From an uncultured bacterium (GTDB taxonomy: Bacteria; Abyssobacteria; SURF-5): 57,902 nt of DNA. Of this stretch, positions 25,787 to 34,733 are shown piece by piece. Both the position numbers and the translations under genes were made by a program. The stretch lies in assembly GCA_964510165.1 (NCBI GenBank), contig CAZEBC010000002.1, forward strand, positions 1 through 57,902, in the 5' to 3' direction. The number at the start of each line of letters is the position of its first letter. The first letter of the stretch is position 1. Under the pieces are notes generated by a model. It did not search any database. It saw nothing but the letters and a program-made list of their open reading frames with translations, and was not told where the DNA came from.

Positions 25787-26515
25787 ATGAAGCACGACGA
25801 GCGAGCGGATGCAGAGTTGCTTGAAGTAATAGAACTGGCGAAGGAGTTTCTCGAACAGGAAAAACGACGCGGACTCCAGAACGCCATGGTTGGTCGCGAG
25901 ACATGGGCGGCTTTCGAGGCCGCAATCAGCCAGACGGGGGAGGCGGAACGCAGGAAGGACTCTGCCGCGATGCTGGATGATCTGGCCGCGCTCACGAGCA
26001 ATTGCACCAAGTGTCACCTCGCCGCCACTCGCACACATGTGGTGTTTGGCGAGGGGAACCCCTTCGCAAAGCTCGTATTTGTGGGCGAAGCGCCAGGGGC
26101 CGACGAGGACGCGCAAGGATTGCCGTTTGTCGGCAAGGCCGGGCAACTGCTCACAAAGATTATCGAGGCGATAAAGCTGAAAAGGAGCAACGTATATATC
26201 TGTAATGTGCTCAAATGCCGGCCTCCCGGCAATCGGACTCCGACCTCGCAGGAAATCGAGTGTTGTGTCCCGTTCCTGCTGAAGCAGCTTGACGCGATTC
26301 GTCCCAAGCTCATCTGTGCTCTGGGTAACGTAGCGGCCCAGACGCTCCTCAGGACAAAGACCCCGATGAACCGCCTACGCGGACGCTTCCATAAGTTCGG
26401 CGATATTCTGCTAGTGCCGACATATCATCCTGCCGCGCTCTTGAGGAACCCGGACTACAAGCGGTATGTATGGGAAGACGTCCAACTGATACAGCGGGAA
26501 TACGACAAGATGTGA
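25787..26515 (+). CDS. uracil-DNA glycosylase, family 4
   Basis: The motifs [31 protein letters not shown] and HPAALLRNP are present. ATG 25787 is chosen over the upstream alternative start at 25706. Confidence 0.88.
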   Translation: MKHDERADAELLEVIELAKEFLEQEKRRGLQNAMVGRETWAAFEAAISQTGEAERRKDSAAMLDDLAALTSNCTKCHLAATRTHVVFGEGNPFAKLVFVGEAPGADEDAQGLPFVGKAGQLLTKIIEAIKLKRSNVYICNVLKCRPPGNRTPTSQEIECCVPFLLKQLDAIRPKLICALGNVAAQTLLRTKTPMNRLRGRFHKFGDILLVPTYHPAALLRNPDYKRYVWEDVQLIQREYDKM

Positions 26516-26578
26516 CACACGGTGTTGTAGGGGCACGCCGCGCCGCCCCCCTACGATTTGGAGCCGCCGGAGAACAGG

Positions 26579-26989
26579 ATGCAAGCCGAACCCGTAAACT
26601 TTACTGCGGTGCTGATGGCGTTTCTCATGTTGACGGTTTTGGCGGTGCTGATTGCCGGCTTCTTCATGTATGTCGGCGCCAAACTGGCGATGGTGGAGAA
26701 ATCCACATTCGGCCGGTCAGTGCTTGCGGCGGTGGGGTCAAGCGTCGCTGACTGGTCCCTGACTGCGGCATTGTCGCCGATTCCTCTTCTGGGCAGTTGT
26801 TCGGGCTTTCTGATCGGGCTTGCCGCATCGCTGCTGGTGATCAAAGTGGTGTTCGATACCACGATGGGAAAGGCGTTTCTTGTGTGGGTGTTTCACCTGC
26901 TGGCACAGGTTGTCGCGCTGTTCCTCGCGCTGTTTCTCTTCTCGGGGGTGCTGCTCTCCTACTTGACGCTCCCGGCGCCGGCTCGCTGA
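26579..26989 (+). CDS. small integral membrane protein, unknown function (about 4 TM)
   Basis: GGAG lies 6 nt before ATG 26579. The profile is hydrophobic and no motif is recognised. The 3' end overlaps the convergent MFS gene by 31 nt. Confidence 0.5.
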   Translation: MQAEPVNFTAVLMAFLMLTVLAVLIAGFFMYVGAKLAMVEKSTFGRSVLAAVGSSVADWSLTAALSPIPLLGSCSGFLIGLAASLLVIKVVFDTTMGKAFLVWVFHLLAQVVALFLALFLFSGVLLSYLTLPAPAR

Positions 26990-28254
26990 CCTTCAAGCAA
27001 GCAGTGCGGTTTGACGAATACTATCGAGACGCCTGCCAGCAAGAGCGCAATCGAAAACACAGAAAACGCGCTGAAGTAATTGTTCTGTAACACGAAAAGC
27101 CTGCCACCGGCAACCTGCCCGAGCGCCATCCCGATCGTGAAAGGGATGCCGAGCATGCCCATTACCTTACCGAATGCCCTTGTCCCGAACGTCTCGCTTA
27201 TCAGCAGCGGGCCTGCCACATTCAGACAGCCGAGGGACAGGCCGTACACCAGGGCAAAAGAGATGATGACCGCCGCTCCTGGCAGTGCGGACAGGGCCCG
27301 ACTCGCGTAGAGTATCAGTAGAGCCAAGCTGAGTGCTCTCAAGACCTGAGAGGCGCTGGCAAGGTAGCGTTTCTGCCGCCTCTCGGAGAAGAACCCGAAG
27401 AAAAGCGTGCCGGCAATACTTATTCCTATCGTGAAACTCCACAACGCGCTGGCGGTACTCGAAGAAAAACCGCTGTCCGACAGAAACGCGATCACGTGCA
27501 GGCCGAATCCCGAGCCCGCGAAGACTCCCGAGAAGGTCGAGAATACAATCAACCAGAATGCCCGTGTAGCGACGACCTCGCGGGCCGAATAGCCTATCTC
27601 GACGATGGGCGTTGACTTGACGGCAGGGTCATTGCGCGGCCATGAATCGTCGTTCCTCCCCTCGATAGTAAGGCCCATCGACAGCGGCGAGTTTCGGATG
27701 ACAAACAGGATAAGTGGGACAGACACCGCCAGGATGATAATCCCGAGAATTTCATATGTGCGCCGCCAGTTCATGGTTTCGATGAGGGTCGTTGATAGGC
27801 GAATCCATACCACGCCTCCCAGGCCGCCCGCCAACGTGACGACGCCCATGGCGCGGCCCCTCTTGCGATCGAACCACCTCGATACGAGCGTTTGAGAGGG
27901 AAGGATGGTAGTGGCGGCCATTCCGACCCCGATGAGCAGGAAAAGCAGGTAGAAACCCCCGATGGAGACAATTCGGCTCAGGAGGAAATAGCAGGTTGAA
28001 AGCAGCACGGCGCCTGGCAGCATCACGCTTCGTACTCCGAAACGATCTACTGCGTAACCTATCAACGGAGTGGCAAAGCCAGCCGCCAGGGCAGAGATGG
28101 CGCCCGCGTTCGAGAGACTGTCACGCCCCCAACGCATGTCGGCCTCGATGTACTTGATGAAAACCGGATATGTAAAGAAACCGATTCCCGCACAGACGAA
28201 CAGCGCAAAGAATGTGGCCACCACGACCCACCAACCGTAGTAGATTCTTGGCAT
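26959..28254 (-). CDS. MFS transporter (oxalate/formate-antiporter / monocarboxylate-like subfamily)
   Basis: The start is moved to ATG 28254 (MPRIYYGWWVV...), which aligns with the paralog N-terminus. It has 12 TM-like segments. The 86-aa upstream extension in the ORF track is Ser/Cys-rich and non-hydrophobic. Confidence 0.85.
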   Translation of the reverse strand: MPRIYYGWWVVVATFFALFVCAGIGFFTYPVFIKYIEADMRWGRDSLSNAGAISALAAGFATPLIGYAVDRFGVRSVMLPGAVLLSTCYFLLSRIVSIGGFYLLFLLIGVGMAATTILPSQTLVSRWFDRKRGRAMGVVTLAGGLGGVVWIRLSTTLIETMNWRRTYEILGIIILAVSVPLILFVIRNSPLSMGLTIEGRNDDSWPRNDPAVKSTPIVEIGYSAREVVATRAFWLIVFSTFSGVFAGSGFGLHVIAFLSDSGFSSSTASALWSFTIGISIAGTLFFGFFSERRQKRYLASASQVLRALSLALLILYASRALSALPGAAVIISFALVYGLSLGCLNVAGPLLISETFGTRAFGKVMGMLGIPFTIGMALGQVAGGRLFVLQNNYFSAFSVFSIALLLAGVSIVFVKPHCLLEGQRAGAGSVK

Positions 28255-28285
28255 AAACTTTCCCAAGTCTCCCTTGAACAATGAA

Positions 28286-29581
28286 CTATTCGACCGACTG
28301 GTCCTCTGGCTGCAATATGCCAGTCGCTCCGTCGAGGAGGAAGCGAGGCTTGGCGAGCGCGATTGATATTCCCGCCACGACGAAGCAGACCGCGAACACG
28401 GCGAATGCGAAATTGTAACTGTCTTGCAGATAGAAAAGGTGGCCGCCGCCATACATGCCAAGGCCCATCCCAATGGTGTAAGGCAGTCCCAGCACGCCCA
28501 TAATCTTCCCAAACGACTTCACGCCAAAGGTCTCGCTCACAAGGAGCGGGTTTATGACGGCGTTACAGCCCACACCCAAGCCATAGACCACCACAAGCAA
28601 CACAATGGCCGTCGCCTGGGGGGCCGTGCCGACGGCAAACAGTATCAATGCCACAATGCAGATAGTCCTAGACATATTTGCAATGGAGGCAAAGTAACGT
28701 TTCTGGTATTTCTCCGAAAGGTATCCGAAGAAGAACCTGCCGGCAATGCTCACGAGGTGGGTAGCGGCCCAGATGTCCGAGGCGCGTGTGTGCGCCATTC
28801 CCTGACCGGACAGGAACGTCACGGCATGAAGCCCGAACCCGGAAGAGGCGACCACCACGAAGAATGTCGCGCATACTATGAGCCAGAAACTTGGGGTGCG
28901 GAAGGCTTCGCGCATGGTGTAGCCGGGTTCTTCGGCAGCGATGTGGGAAGTTCCTCCTGACGGGTCGGCTGTCGAATCTTGAGAGCTATCGAGCGCCAAC
29001 CCCATGGATTGGGGAGAGGTGCGAATTACAAAGAATATGAGAGGGATCGAAATCACGGCAATGATTATCCCCAGCGCTTCGTATGCGGAGCGCCAGCCAA
29101 TCGTTTTGATCATTCGACTCGACGCCCATATCCACACCACCGTTCCGACGGCGGTGCCCGTCGTTATCATCCCCATCGCTCTGCCGCGCCTCCGCTCGAA
29201 CCATCTCGATACTACTGTCTGGCACGGAAGAATTGTTGTCGCCGCCAATCCCAGGCCAATGGCCATATTGAGAAGATGCAAGTGAATCGGTTTGCTTATC
29301 TGGCCCATCAGGAAAAAAGCCGCCGAGAGAGTTACGGCGCCCGGCAACATCACCGCGCGCGGACCATGGCGATCAAGTATCCATCCAACAACCGGCGACC
29401 AAAGCCCCGCCGAAAGCGCCGCCAAAGCTGCCGCCAACGAAATCACGCGCCGGTTGTTCGAAATGTCCCTGAGGAGATAATCGAAGAATACAGGTGAGGT
29501 GGAGAAGCCGATGCCCGCACACACAAAAAGGATGAGTGAACACGCGCCGACTATCCACCAGCCATAATACACTTTGCGCAT
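28286..29581 (-). CDS. MFS transporter, tandem paralog of the preceding gene
   Basis: It begins MRKVYYGWWIVGACSLILFVCAGIGF and is colinear by eye with the neighbouring MFS protein. Shared segments include AVMLPGAV, AATTILP, VSRWF.R.RGRAMG and FFVIR.SPQSMGL. Confidence 0.85.
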   Translation of the reverse strand: MRKVYYGWWIVGACSLILFVCAGIGFSTSPVFFDYLLRDISNNRRVISLAAALAALSAGLWSPVVGWILDRHGPRAVMLPGAVTLSAAFFLMGQISKPIHLHLLNMAIGLGLAATTILPCQTVVSRWFERRRGRAMGMITTGTAVGTVVWIWASSRMIKTIGWRSAYEALGIIIAVISIPLIFFVIRTSPQSMGLALDSSQDSTADPSGGTSHIAAEEPGYTMREAFRTPSFWLIVCATFFVVVASSGFGLHAVTFLSGQGMAHTRASDIWAATHLVSIAGRFFFGYLSEKYQKRYFASIANMSRTICIVALILFAVGTAPQATAIVLLVVVYGLGVGCNAVINPLLVSETFGVKSFGKIMGVLGLPYTIGMGLGMYGGGHLFYLQDSYNFAFAVFAVCFVVAGISIALAKPRFLLDGATGILQPEDQSVE

Positions 29582-29797
29582 CAGGCGGGAGACTCCTCTG
29601 TTTGCGGCAACCCAGGAGTTGCACGGGATAAGTGCGCGCTACGGCTGCATCATGCTATAGGAAAAGGAGCCAGCGTGTCAATCCCAGAACCTTTGCAGTC
29701 GCGCGGACGCGAAGACAATGAAAATGGTTGCGTTCCATCTGAGCCCGGGAATTGTCAGGAGCGATTTCAGGCGAAAAAACATCCCGGCCCTTCTTGC

Positions 29798-31732
29798 TTA
29801 TCTTCGCCCTTGCTCCTCCACGCTCCTTGCGCAGCGGAAACCAATGCTCGGAGTCTTCTTGTCGGGTGAGAAATAGTGACGGTAGCCCGTTCGGGCGTAC
29901 AGGCTGATGTTGCTGTCCCAAGCCCCGCCGCGCGCTACCTTGAAAGAGCCTGCGGGCGGACCGGGCGGGTTTGAGGTGGGAGACCGCGCATAATACTTTT
30001 CAGAATACCAATCTGCGGTCCATTCCATGGCGTTGCCCGCCATATTGAAACAGCCGTACGGGCTTTTTCCCTTTTCATAAAGATAGACGGGGGTGGTCGA
30101 ATTGATGAAACTCTCCTTGATGTTGCACAGACCGATGTCCCAATCGTTTCCCCACGGCCATGCCCGGCCGTCGGTTCCCCGGGCCGCCTTTTCCCATTCG
30201 GCCTCGGTAGGAAGCCGTTTGCCCGCCCACTTGGCGTAAGCGGCTGCGTCGTTCCAGGATACCAGGACTACCGGATGATCGCCCTTGCCGGGTGGATACG
30301 TCCCGTTCCGCCAATTGAACGGCTCCGCCCAGAGCGCGCTGATATAAGGCATGGGATGGCCCGTCGCATCAATGAACTCTTTATACTCGGCGTTCGTTAC
30401 CTCATATTGGTCGATATAGAAGGCATCCAGATACACCTTTCGCTTCGGGCTCTCATTGCTGAATTCTGATTCATTGCCCATGATGAACTCTCCGGCAGGC
30501 ACGTAAATCATCCTCGGAGGAGTGTCGGTCGGCTGGTCAGGCGGGGACTGGCCTGCCATACCCGGCGCCGTGGTCGGAGTTGAGGGAGATGGGGCCGTTG
30601 TCTGTTCAATCTGCGGGCCTTTGCCAAGGACCGAGAAAAGCCACAACATGCTGAGAACGATTATCGCGAGGATTGACGTCGCGCCAAGAGCCCGCAAAGT
30701 AATAAGTCTTTTAAGGCTCTCGGTCTCAAGGATAAGTGACAGCCGCGCCTTGAATTTCTTCCACCCTGAAGCCTCAGTCTCTCGCTTAAGGTCTTCGGCC
30801 AGTTCCACGATCGACTGGTATCTCTCGGCGGGATTTTGCTGCAATGCCCGCAGGATTATGCCGTCCATCCGCTTGCTGACTTCGGGGTTTAGTTGGCTGG
30901 GAACGGCAAAATGGCCGATGGGAAGCTTTCCCGTGAACACTTCGTACATCATCACGCCGAAGGAGAATATATCGGCGCGATGGTCTACCGCTTTTGCGTT
31001 TACCCTCTGTTCCGGCGCCATGTAGTCCGCCGTTCCCATGAAACTGCTGACTACGGTAATCGAAGTGAGCGGCAAGCCCGACTTGGTGATCTGAGCGATG
31101 CCGAAGTCGGCGATCCTCACCTTGCCCGTGCGGTCAATCAAAATATTGTCCGGCTTGACGTCGCGATGCACGATTCCCCTTCGGTGAGCATAATCGAGCG
31201 CTGACGCCGCCTGCAGCAATATCTGAGCCTTCGTGTTGAAGGTCAATTTCTTGCGTCTTAACCAGCGTGAGAAGCTCGCTCCGTCCACGTACTCCATCAC
31301 AAAATAATTGATGCCATGTTCGACGCCCTTGTCGAGTACGCGGACGATATTGGGGTGATTGAGCGATTCAAGCGCCATGAATTCACGGTCGAACCGGGCG
31401 AGCGCCTTGAGACTCGAGGAATACTTCTTCTTGAGCACCTTCACGGCCACGATGCGCTGTCGGAGCTCATCGAGAGCCTTGTACACCGTGGCCATCCCGC
31501 CGCGCCCGATCAGTTTTTCTATCCGGTAAGCTCCGATCTTGTCGCCGGGCTGCAGCTCGAAGAGCCTCTCCTCTGTCCGGGTTTCCTGGACGGGTGTAGA
31601 AGCAGGGTTTCCGTCGGGATGAGCGCCGGGGCTGCCTGCGCCTTCCGATTCGTCTGCCGGAGGGTTGGATTCGACGGAAATCATGTCATCTTTCTTATTC
31701 TTCTGAAGTTTATCTTCTTCTGATGGCGCCAT
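29798..31732 (-). CDS. Ser/Thr protein kinase - TM - FGE/SUMF1-like domain fusion
   Basis: The Hanks kinase motifs are GRGGMATVY, VAVK, HRDVKPDN, DFGIA and APE. One TM helix follows. The C-terminal FGE-like domain shows YEVTNAEYKEF...HPVVLVSWNDAAAYAKWAGKRLPTEAEWEKAARG...RGGAW. Confidence 0.88.
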   Translation of the reverse strand: MAPSEEDKLQKNKKDDMISVESNPPADESEGAGSPGAHPDGNPASTPVQETRTEERLFELQPGDKIGAYRIEKLIGRGGMATVYKALDELRQRIVAVKVLKKKYSSSLKALARFDREFMALESLNHPNIVRVLDKGVEHGINYFVMEYVDGASFSRWLRRKKLTFNTKAQILLQAASALDYAHRRGIVHRDVKPDNILIDRTGKVRIADFGIAQITKSGLPLTSITVVSSFMGTADYMAPEQRVNAKAVDHRADIFSFGVMMYEVFTGKLPIGHFAVPSQLNPEVSKRMDGIILRALQQNPAERYQSIVELAEDLKRETEASGWKKFKARLSLILETESLKRLITLRALGATSILAIIVLSMLWLFSVLGKGPQIEQTTAPSPSTPTTAPGMAGQSPPDQPTDTPPRMIYVPAGEFIMGNESEFSNESPKRKVYLDAFYIDQYEVTNAEYKEFIDATGHPMPYISALWAEPFNWRNGTYPPGKGDHPVVLVSWNDAAAYAKWAGKRLPTEAEWEKAARGTDGRAWPWGNDWDIGLCNIKESFINSTTPVYLYEKGKSPYGCFNMAGNAMEWTADWYSEKYYARSPTSNPPGPPAGSFKVARGGAWDSNISLYARTGYRHYFSPDKKTPSIGFRCARSVEEQGRR

Positions 31733-31900
31733 CTTTTCTTCCTGCGATCATGGACGCTCAAGCATCCTCGAAAATGTGGCCGTGTTTGATTATAACACAT
31801 ATGTGACCCCGCTAACAAAAATTTTTCCATCCTTGCGGACTGAAGGCGTCATTTGTAGAGAAACGCCTCAGGGGACCGGGAAATTTTTTCCAAATCCTTC

Positions 31901-31930
31901 TTGACAACCGGTCAAGGACTATGGTAACAT
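31901..31930 (+). promoter_or_regulatory. putative sigma70 promoter of the TPR gene
   Basis: TTGACA at 31901-31906, an 18-nt spacer, then TAACAT at 31925-31930. Confidence 0.4.
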
Positions 31931-32041
31931 TATATAGTATGTCAGGCCATTTTGTACACTACAAATTGTGGGAAATCGCCTGACTATTTGCTTTTGTGCG
32001 ATTCGACCCCACAGAAAATTTCTCATGCGTCCTTCGGAAGA

Positions 32042-34204
32042 ATGGTGAATAACGATAGAGTAACAAGCCAGGCCGACGAAAGAGCGTCATTAGAAGACAT
32101 GGCCCAAGGCCAAACACACCTTATCCAAGTGCTTGCGGGAAGCAAGGTAAGGATTTCGGTCAGCGCTGGAATTTTGGCCGGCCTGATAGTGGCTATCGGA
32201 TTCCTCGCGTTTGACCTGGGCCGGGAAAGATTCCGGCTGAAGCAGAGATATCCCAATGCAGCAAACTCTCATGAGCGCGAAGTCATGTATGCGCGGGACC
32301 TTGTCTCTCAGGGTCAGTGCGAGAAAGCGATTCCCTTGCTGAGGAGACTGATTGAGAAGGAACAGGGGTCCATTCTGCACGCCGATGCTTTGCTTCTGCT
32401 CGGGACATGCCTCGAAAGATTGGAACGCGACTTGTCCGCTCAGGCGGAAGCTCGTGCATTGTACGAACGGTTTGTAAAAGAGTATCCCGTTGACCCCCGG
32501 GTGCCGAAGGTCAACCTCGAGATTGCACGCAATTATGCCAGAAGCGGGCTGTATATTGAAGCCAACTCCCGCTATGATGATCTATTACGTCAACAGACCG
32601 TCGAAAAGAAGAGGGCGGAAATCGAGTTCTTGATTGCCCGGAATTACTATGACGCGGGCAATTTTCAGGCCGCGTCGGAACGGCTTGAGCAAGTCAGGCA
32701 GAAATATGCGGAGACCGATATCTCGCGGGATGCCTCCGTTCTCTTGGGACAAGCATATTTTCAAGTTGGTCAAACAGCGGAGGCTGAACGGGTGCTCCGA
32801 ACCCTCATCGGCGAGGTTCCTGGGACCGCTCATGCTGCGGCCGCCCTGCGTGCATTGGCTCATCACGCATTAGAGGCGGGGGCGTTCCAAAAAGCTGTCG
32901 AGTATTCCGTCGAATGGCTAAGGGAATCGCCGCAAACCGCGCATCAAGTTGATGTCATGCTGATAGTCGGTCGCGCGAAACTGGCGCTGGGCGAGCCATC
33001 CGAAGCGGAAGCCGCGGCTTCGGACATCATCTCATTCTTCCCGGATTCTCCGCAACTGGCCCAAGCGTATGTGCTCAGGGGGCAGGCCTTGGAAGCCTTG
33101 GAACTGAACGAAGACGCGGAGAATGCGTACCGATACGCCGCCAACATCGCCTCCGACGACTCGAGGGCACTGCGCCAATTGGCATCACTGTACAGTGTGC
33201 AGGGTAAGCTCGCCGAAGCGATCGCACAAATGAAACTTGCCTGCCAGCGAGCCCCGCAGGACGATTCACTTTTCATCGAGCTTGCAAAATTGTATCGGTC
33301 CTATGGCGAAAACGTAAACGCTGTGGAGATTCTCAAGGAGTTCACCGAGGAACGAGGACTCAGCCCATACATCGGCGAGGCGCATCTCCTGCTTTCCGAG
33401 ACCCAACTCGAACTCGGGCTGCCGCATGACGCATACAAGACGCTCGGTCATCTGTTAGCCGTTGAAACCTCAACAGTGGCGCCCTCCGCTCCGCTTCTCA
33501 GGCAAGGGGATATTCTCGCTTCGGTCGGCCTTTATGAGGATGCGATCGAAAGATACCGGGAAGCTCTGGAACTCGGTGGAAAGTCTGAGGATATAGCGCC
33601 GAGGCTGGCGCACGCTCTCCTGGCCGCAGGCAAGCCGGAGGAGTCTCTGAAGCTCTTGGAAAGCTTGGAATTCGGCTCTTTTCCGCTTGCGAGTCGCTTC
33701 GCTCTGTTTGAGGCGCAGGCTCGCGCATTCTCCAGTCTCGGGAGGTACCAGGACGCGCGCAGGTCACTCCGCGAGGCGATAGCCCTCCGCTCCGGAAAGG
33801 AAAAAATTTCCACGTTGGCACTCTTAATGCAAGCAGACCTGCAATTAAAAGATGAGCGGGCGGCCTCAAAAGTCTATGAGGCGGCACTCAGGATCATTGA
33901 AACCGAGCAGAGCGAGTCGTCCCCTGAGGCGCGTCGCATTATCCTGGACTGGGGCAGGTACCTGTATGAGAAGGGAGCCTATGCTCAAGCGGCAAGAGTG
34001 TATGGCTCGGTCCGGGCGCCGCAGTTCCCGGCTGATGATGTGGCTTGGGCTGTCTATCAGATTGGCAACTGCCGATATCACCTGGCGGATTTTGAGGGGG
34101 CGCAGCAGGCATACGCTCGGCTGAGGAGCGAGTTTTCAAGCTCGGAATGGGTCAAGTATGCCGAGCAGAGACAAAAGTTGATGAGTCTCATGGCTCCGAC
34201 ATAG
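32042..34204 (+). CDS. TPR-repeat protein with one N-terminal TM helix
   Basis: Long Ala/Leu-rich TPR-like repeats run throughout, and the TM helix is AGILAGLIVAIGFLAF. The start is uncertain: TTG 31952, ATG 32042 or ATG 32099. Confidence 0.7.
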   Translation: MVNNDRVTSQADERASLEDMAQGQTHLIQVLAGSKVRISVSAGILAGLIVAIGFLAFDLGRERFRLKQRYPNAANSHEREVMYARDLVSQGQCEKAIPLLRRLIEKEQGSILHADALLLLGTCLERLERDLSAQAEARALYERFVKEYPVDPRVPKVNLEIARNYARSGLYIEANSRYDDLLRQQTVEKKRAEIEFLIARNYYDAGNFQAASERLEQVRQKYAETDISRDASVLLGQAYFQVGQTAEAERVLRTLIGEVPGTAHAAAALRALAHHALEAGAFQKAVEYSVEWLRESPQTAHQVDVMLIVGRAKLALGEPSEAEAAASDIISFFPDSPQLAQAYVLRGQALEALELNEDAENAYRYAANIASDDSRALRQLASLYSVQGKLAEAIAQMKLACQRAPQDDSLFIELAKLYRSYGENVNAVEILKEFTEERGLSPYIGEAHLLLSETQLELGLPHDAYKTLGHLLAVETSTVAPSAPLLRQGDILASVGLYEDAIERYREALELGGKSEDIAPRLAHALLAAGKPEESLKLLESLEFGSFPLASRFALFEAQARAFSSLGRYQDARRSLREAIALRSGKEKISTLALLMQADLQLKDERAASKVYEAALRIIETEQSESSPEARRIILDWGRYLYEKGAYAQAARVYGSVRAPQFPADDVAWAVYQIGNCRYHLADFEGAQQAYARLRSEFSSSEWVKYAEQRQKLMSLMAPT

Positions 34205-34220
34205 GCATCGGTTTTTTCAC

Positions 34221-34706
34221 TTGCATATGGAGAACGCGGCACAACATACACGCGGTGAAGCCGAAAGCGAAGTGACCCGGTTTCATCAGAATCTGCGTGC
34301 GCAGGCGGAACTGTATCGTGTATTGCTCCACCTGGTCAGAAAGCAGTCTGAAGAAATCTCGAATGGACACATCGAGGCCTTTCTTGGAATCCTTGACGAG
34401 AAGAGGAAAATCATTGCCGAGATCGGCGATATTGAGCTGGCCACGATTCCATTACGCGAATTCTGCGAAAACCATAAGAGTGACATCAGCGAGGGCTCAC
34501 GCAACGAGTTGCGCTTGATCGTAAACGAGATTCGGGGACTGCTCGAACAGCTTCTTGAATTGGAATTGCAGAGTCAGGAGAAGCTGGGCATTGCCAAGGA
34601 TTTGGCCGAGGAACAACTCAATCAGCTCGCTCTCGGTTCGAGAGCAGCGCATTCCTACAAGCGACGCCGCGAGCCGGCGCCGCGGTTTATGGACGAGGTG
34701 GGTTGA
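34221..34706 (+). CDS. FlgN-like flagellar chaperone (tentative)
   Basis: About 160 aa and predicted all-helical. The FlgN-like pattern is LYRVLLHLVRKQSEEISNGHIEAFLGILDEKRKIIAEI. It lies immediately upstream of the flagellar regulators. The start is TTG 34221 or ATG 34227. Confidence 0.45.
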   Translation: MHMENAAQHTRGEAESEVTRFHQNLRAQAELYRVLLHLVRKQSEEISNGHIEAFLGILDEKRKIIAEIGDIELATIPLREFCENHKSDISEGSRNELRLIVNEIRGLLEQLLELELQSQEKLGIAKDLAEEQLNQLALGSRAAHSYKRRREPAPRFMDEVG

Positions 34707-34733
34707 CAGGCGCGAGAGAGGGGTGAGGAGCTA

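Noticed and set aside
28255-28512. 86-aa N-terminal extension of the distal MFS ORF (MGRLWACWDC...), which would overlap the upstream paralog.
   Set aside because: The extension is Ser/Cys-rich and non-hydrophobic and overlaps the 3' end of the neighbouring MFS gene. The internal ATG at 28254 gives an N-terminus (MPRIYYGWW) that aligns with the paralog (MRKVYYGWW).
33826-33841. Sigma54-like motif TGGCACTCTTAATGCA with correct GG-N10-GC spacing, inside the 3' part of the TPR gene and about 380 nt upstream of the FlgN-like ORF.
   Set aside because: It lies inside a coding region and far from the next start codon. As a rough estimate, a motif of this information content could occur by chance about once in a window of this size on two strands. 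It is kept only as a possibility for an internal promoter of flgN-HK-RR. A similar but poorer hit at 9118-9132 inside gspC is also rejected.
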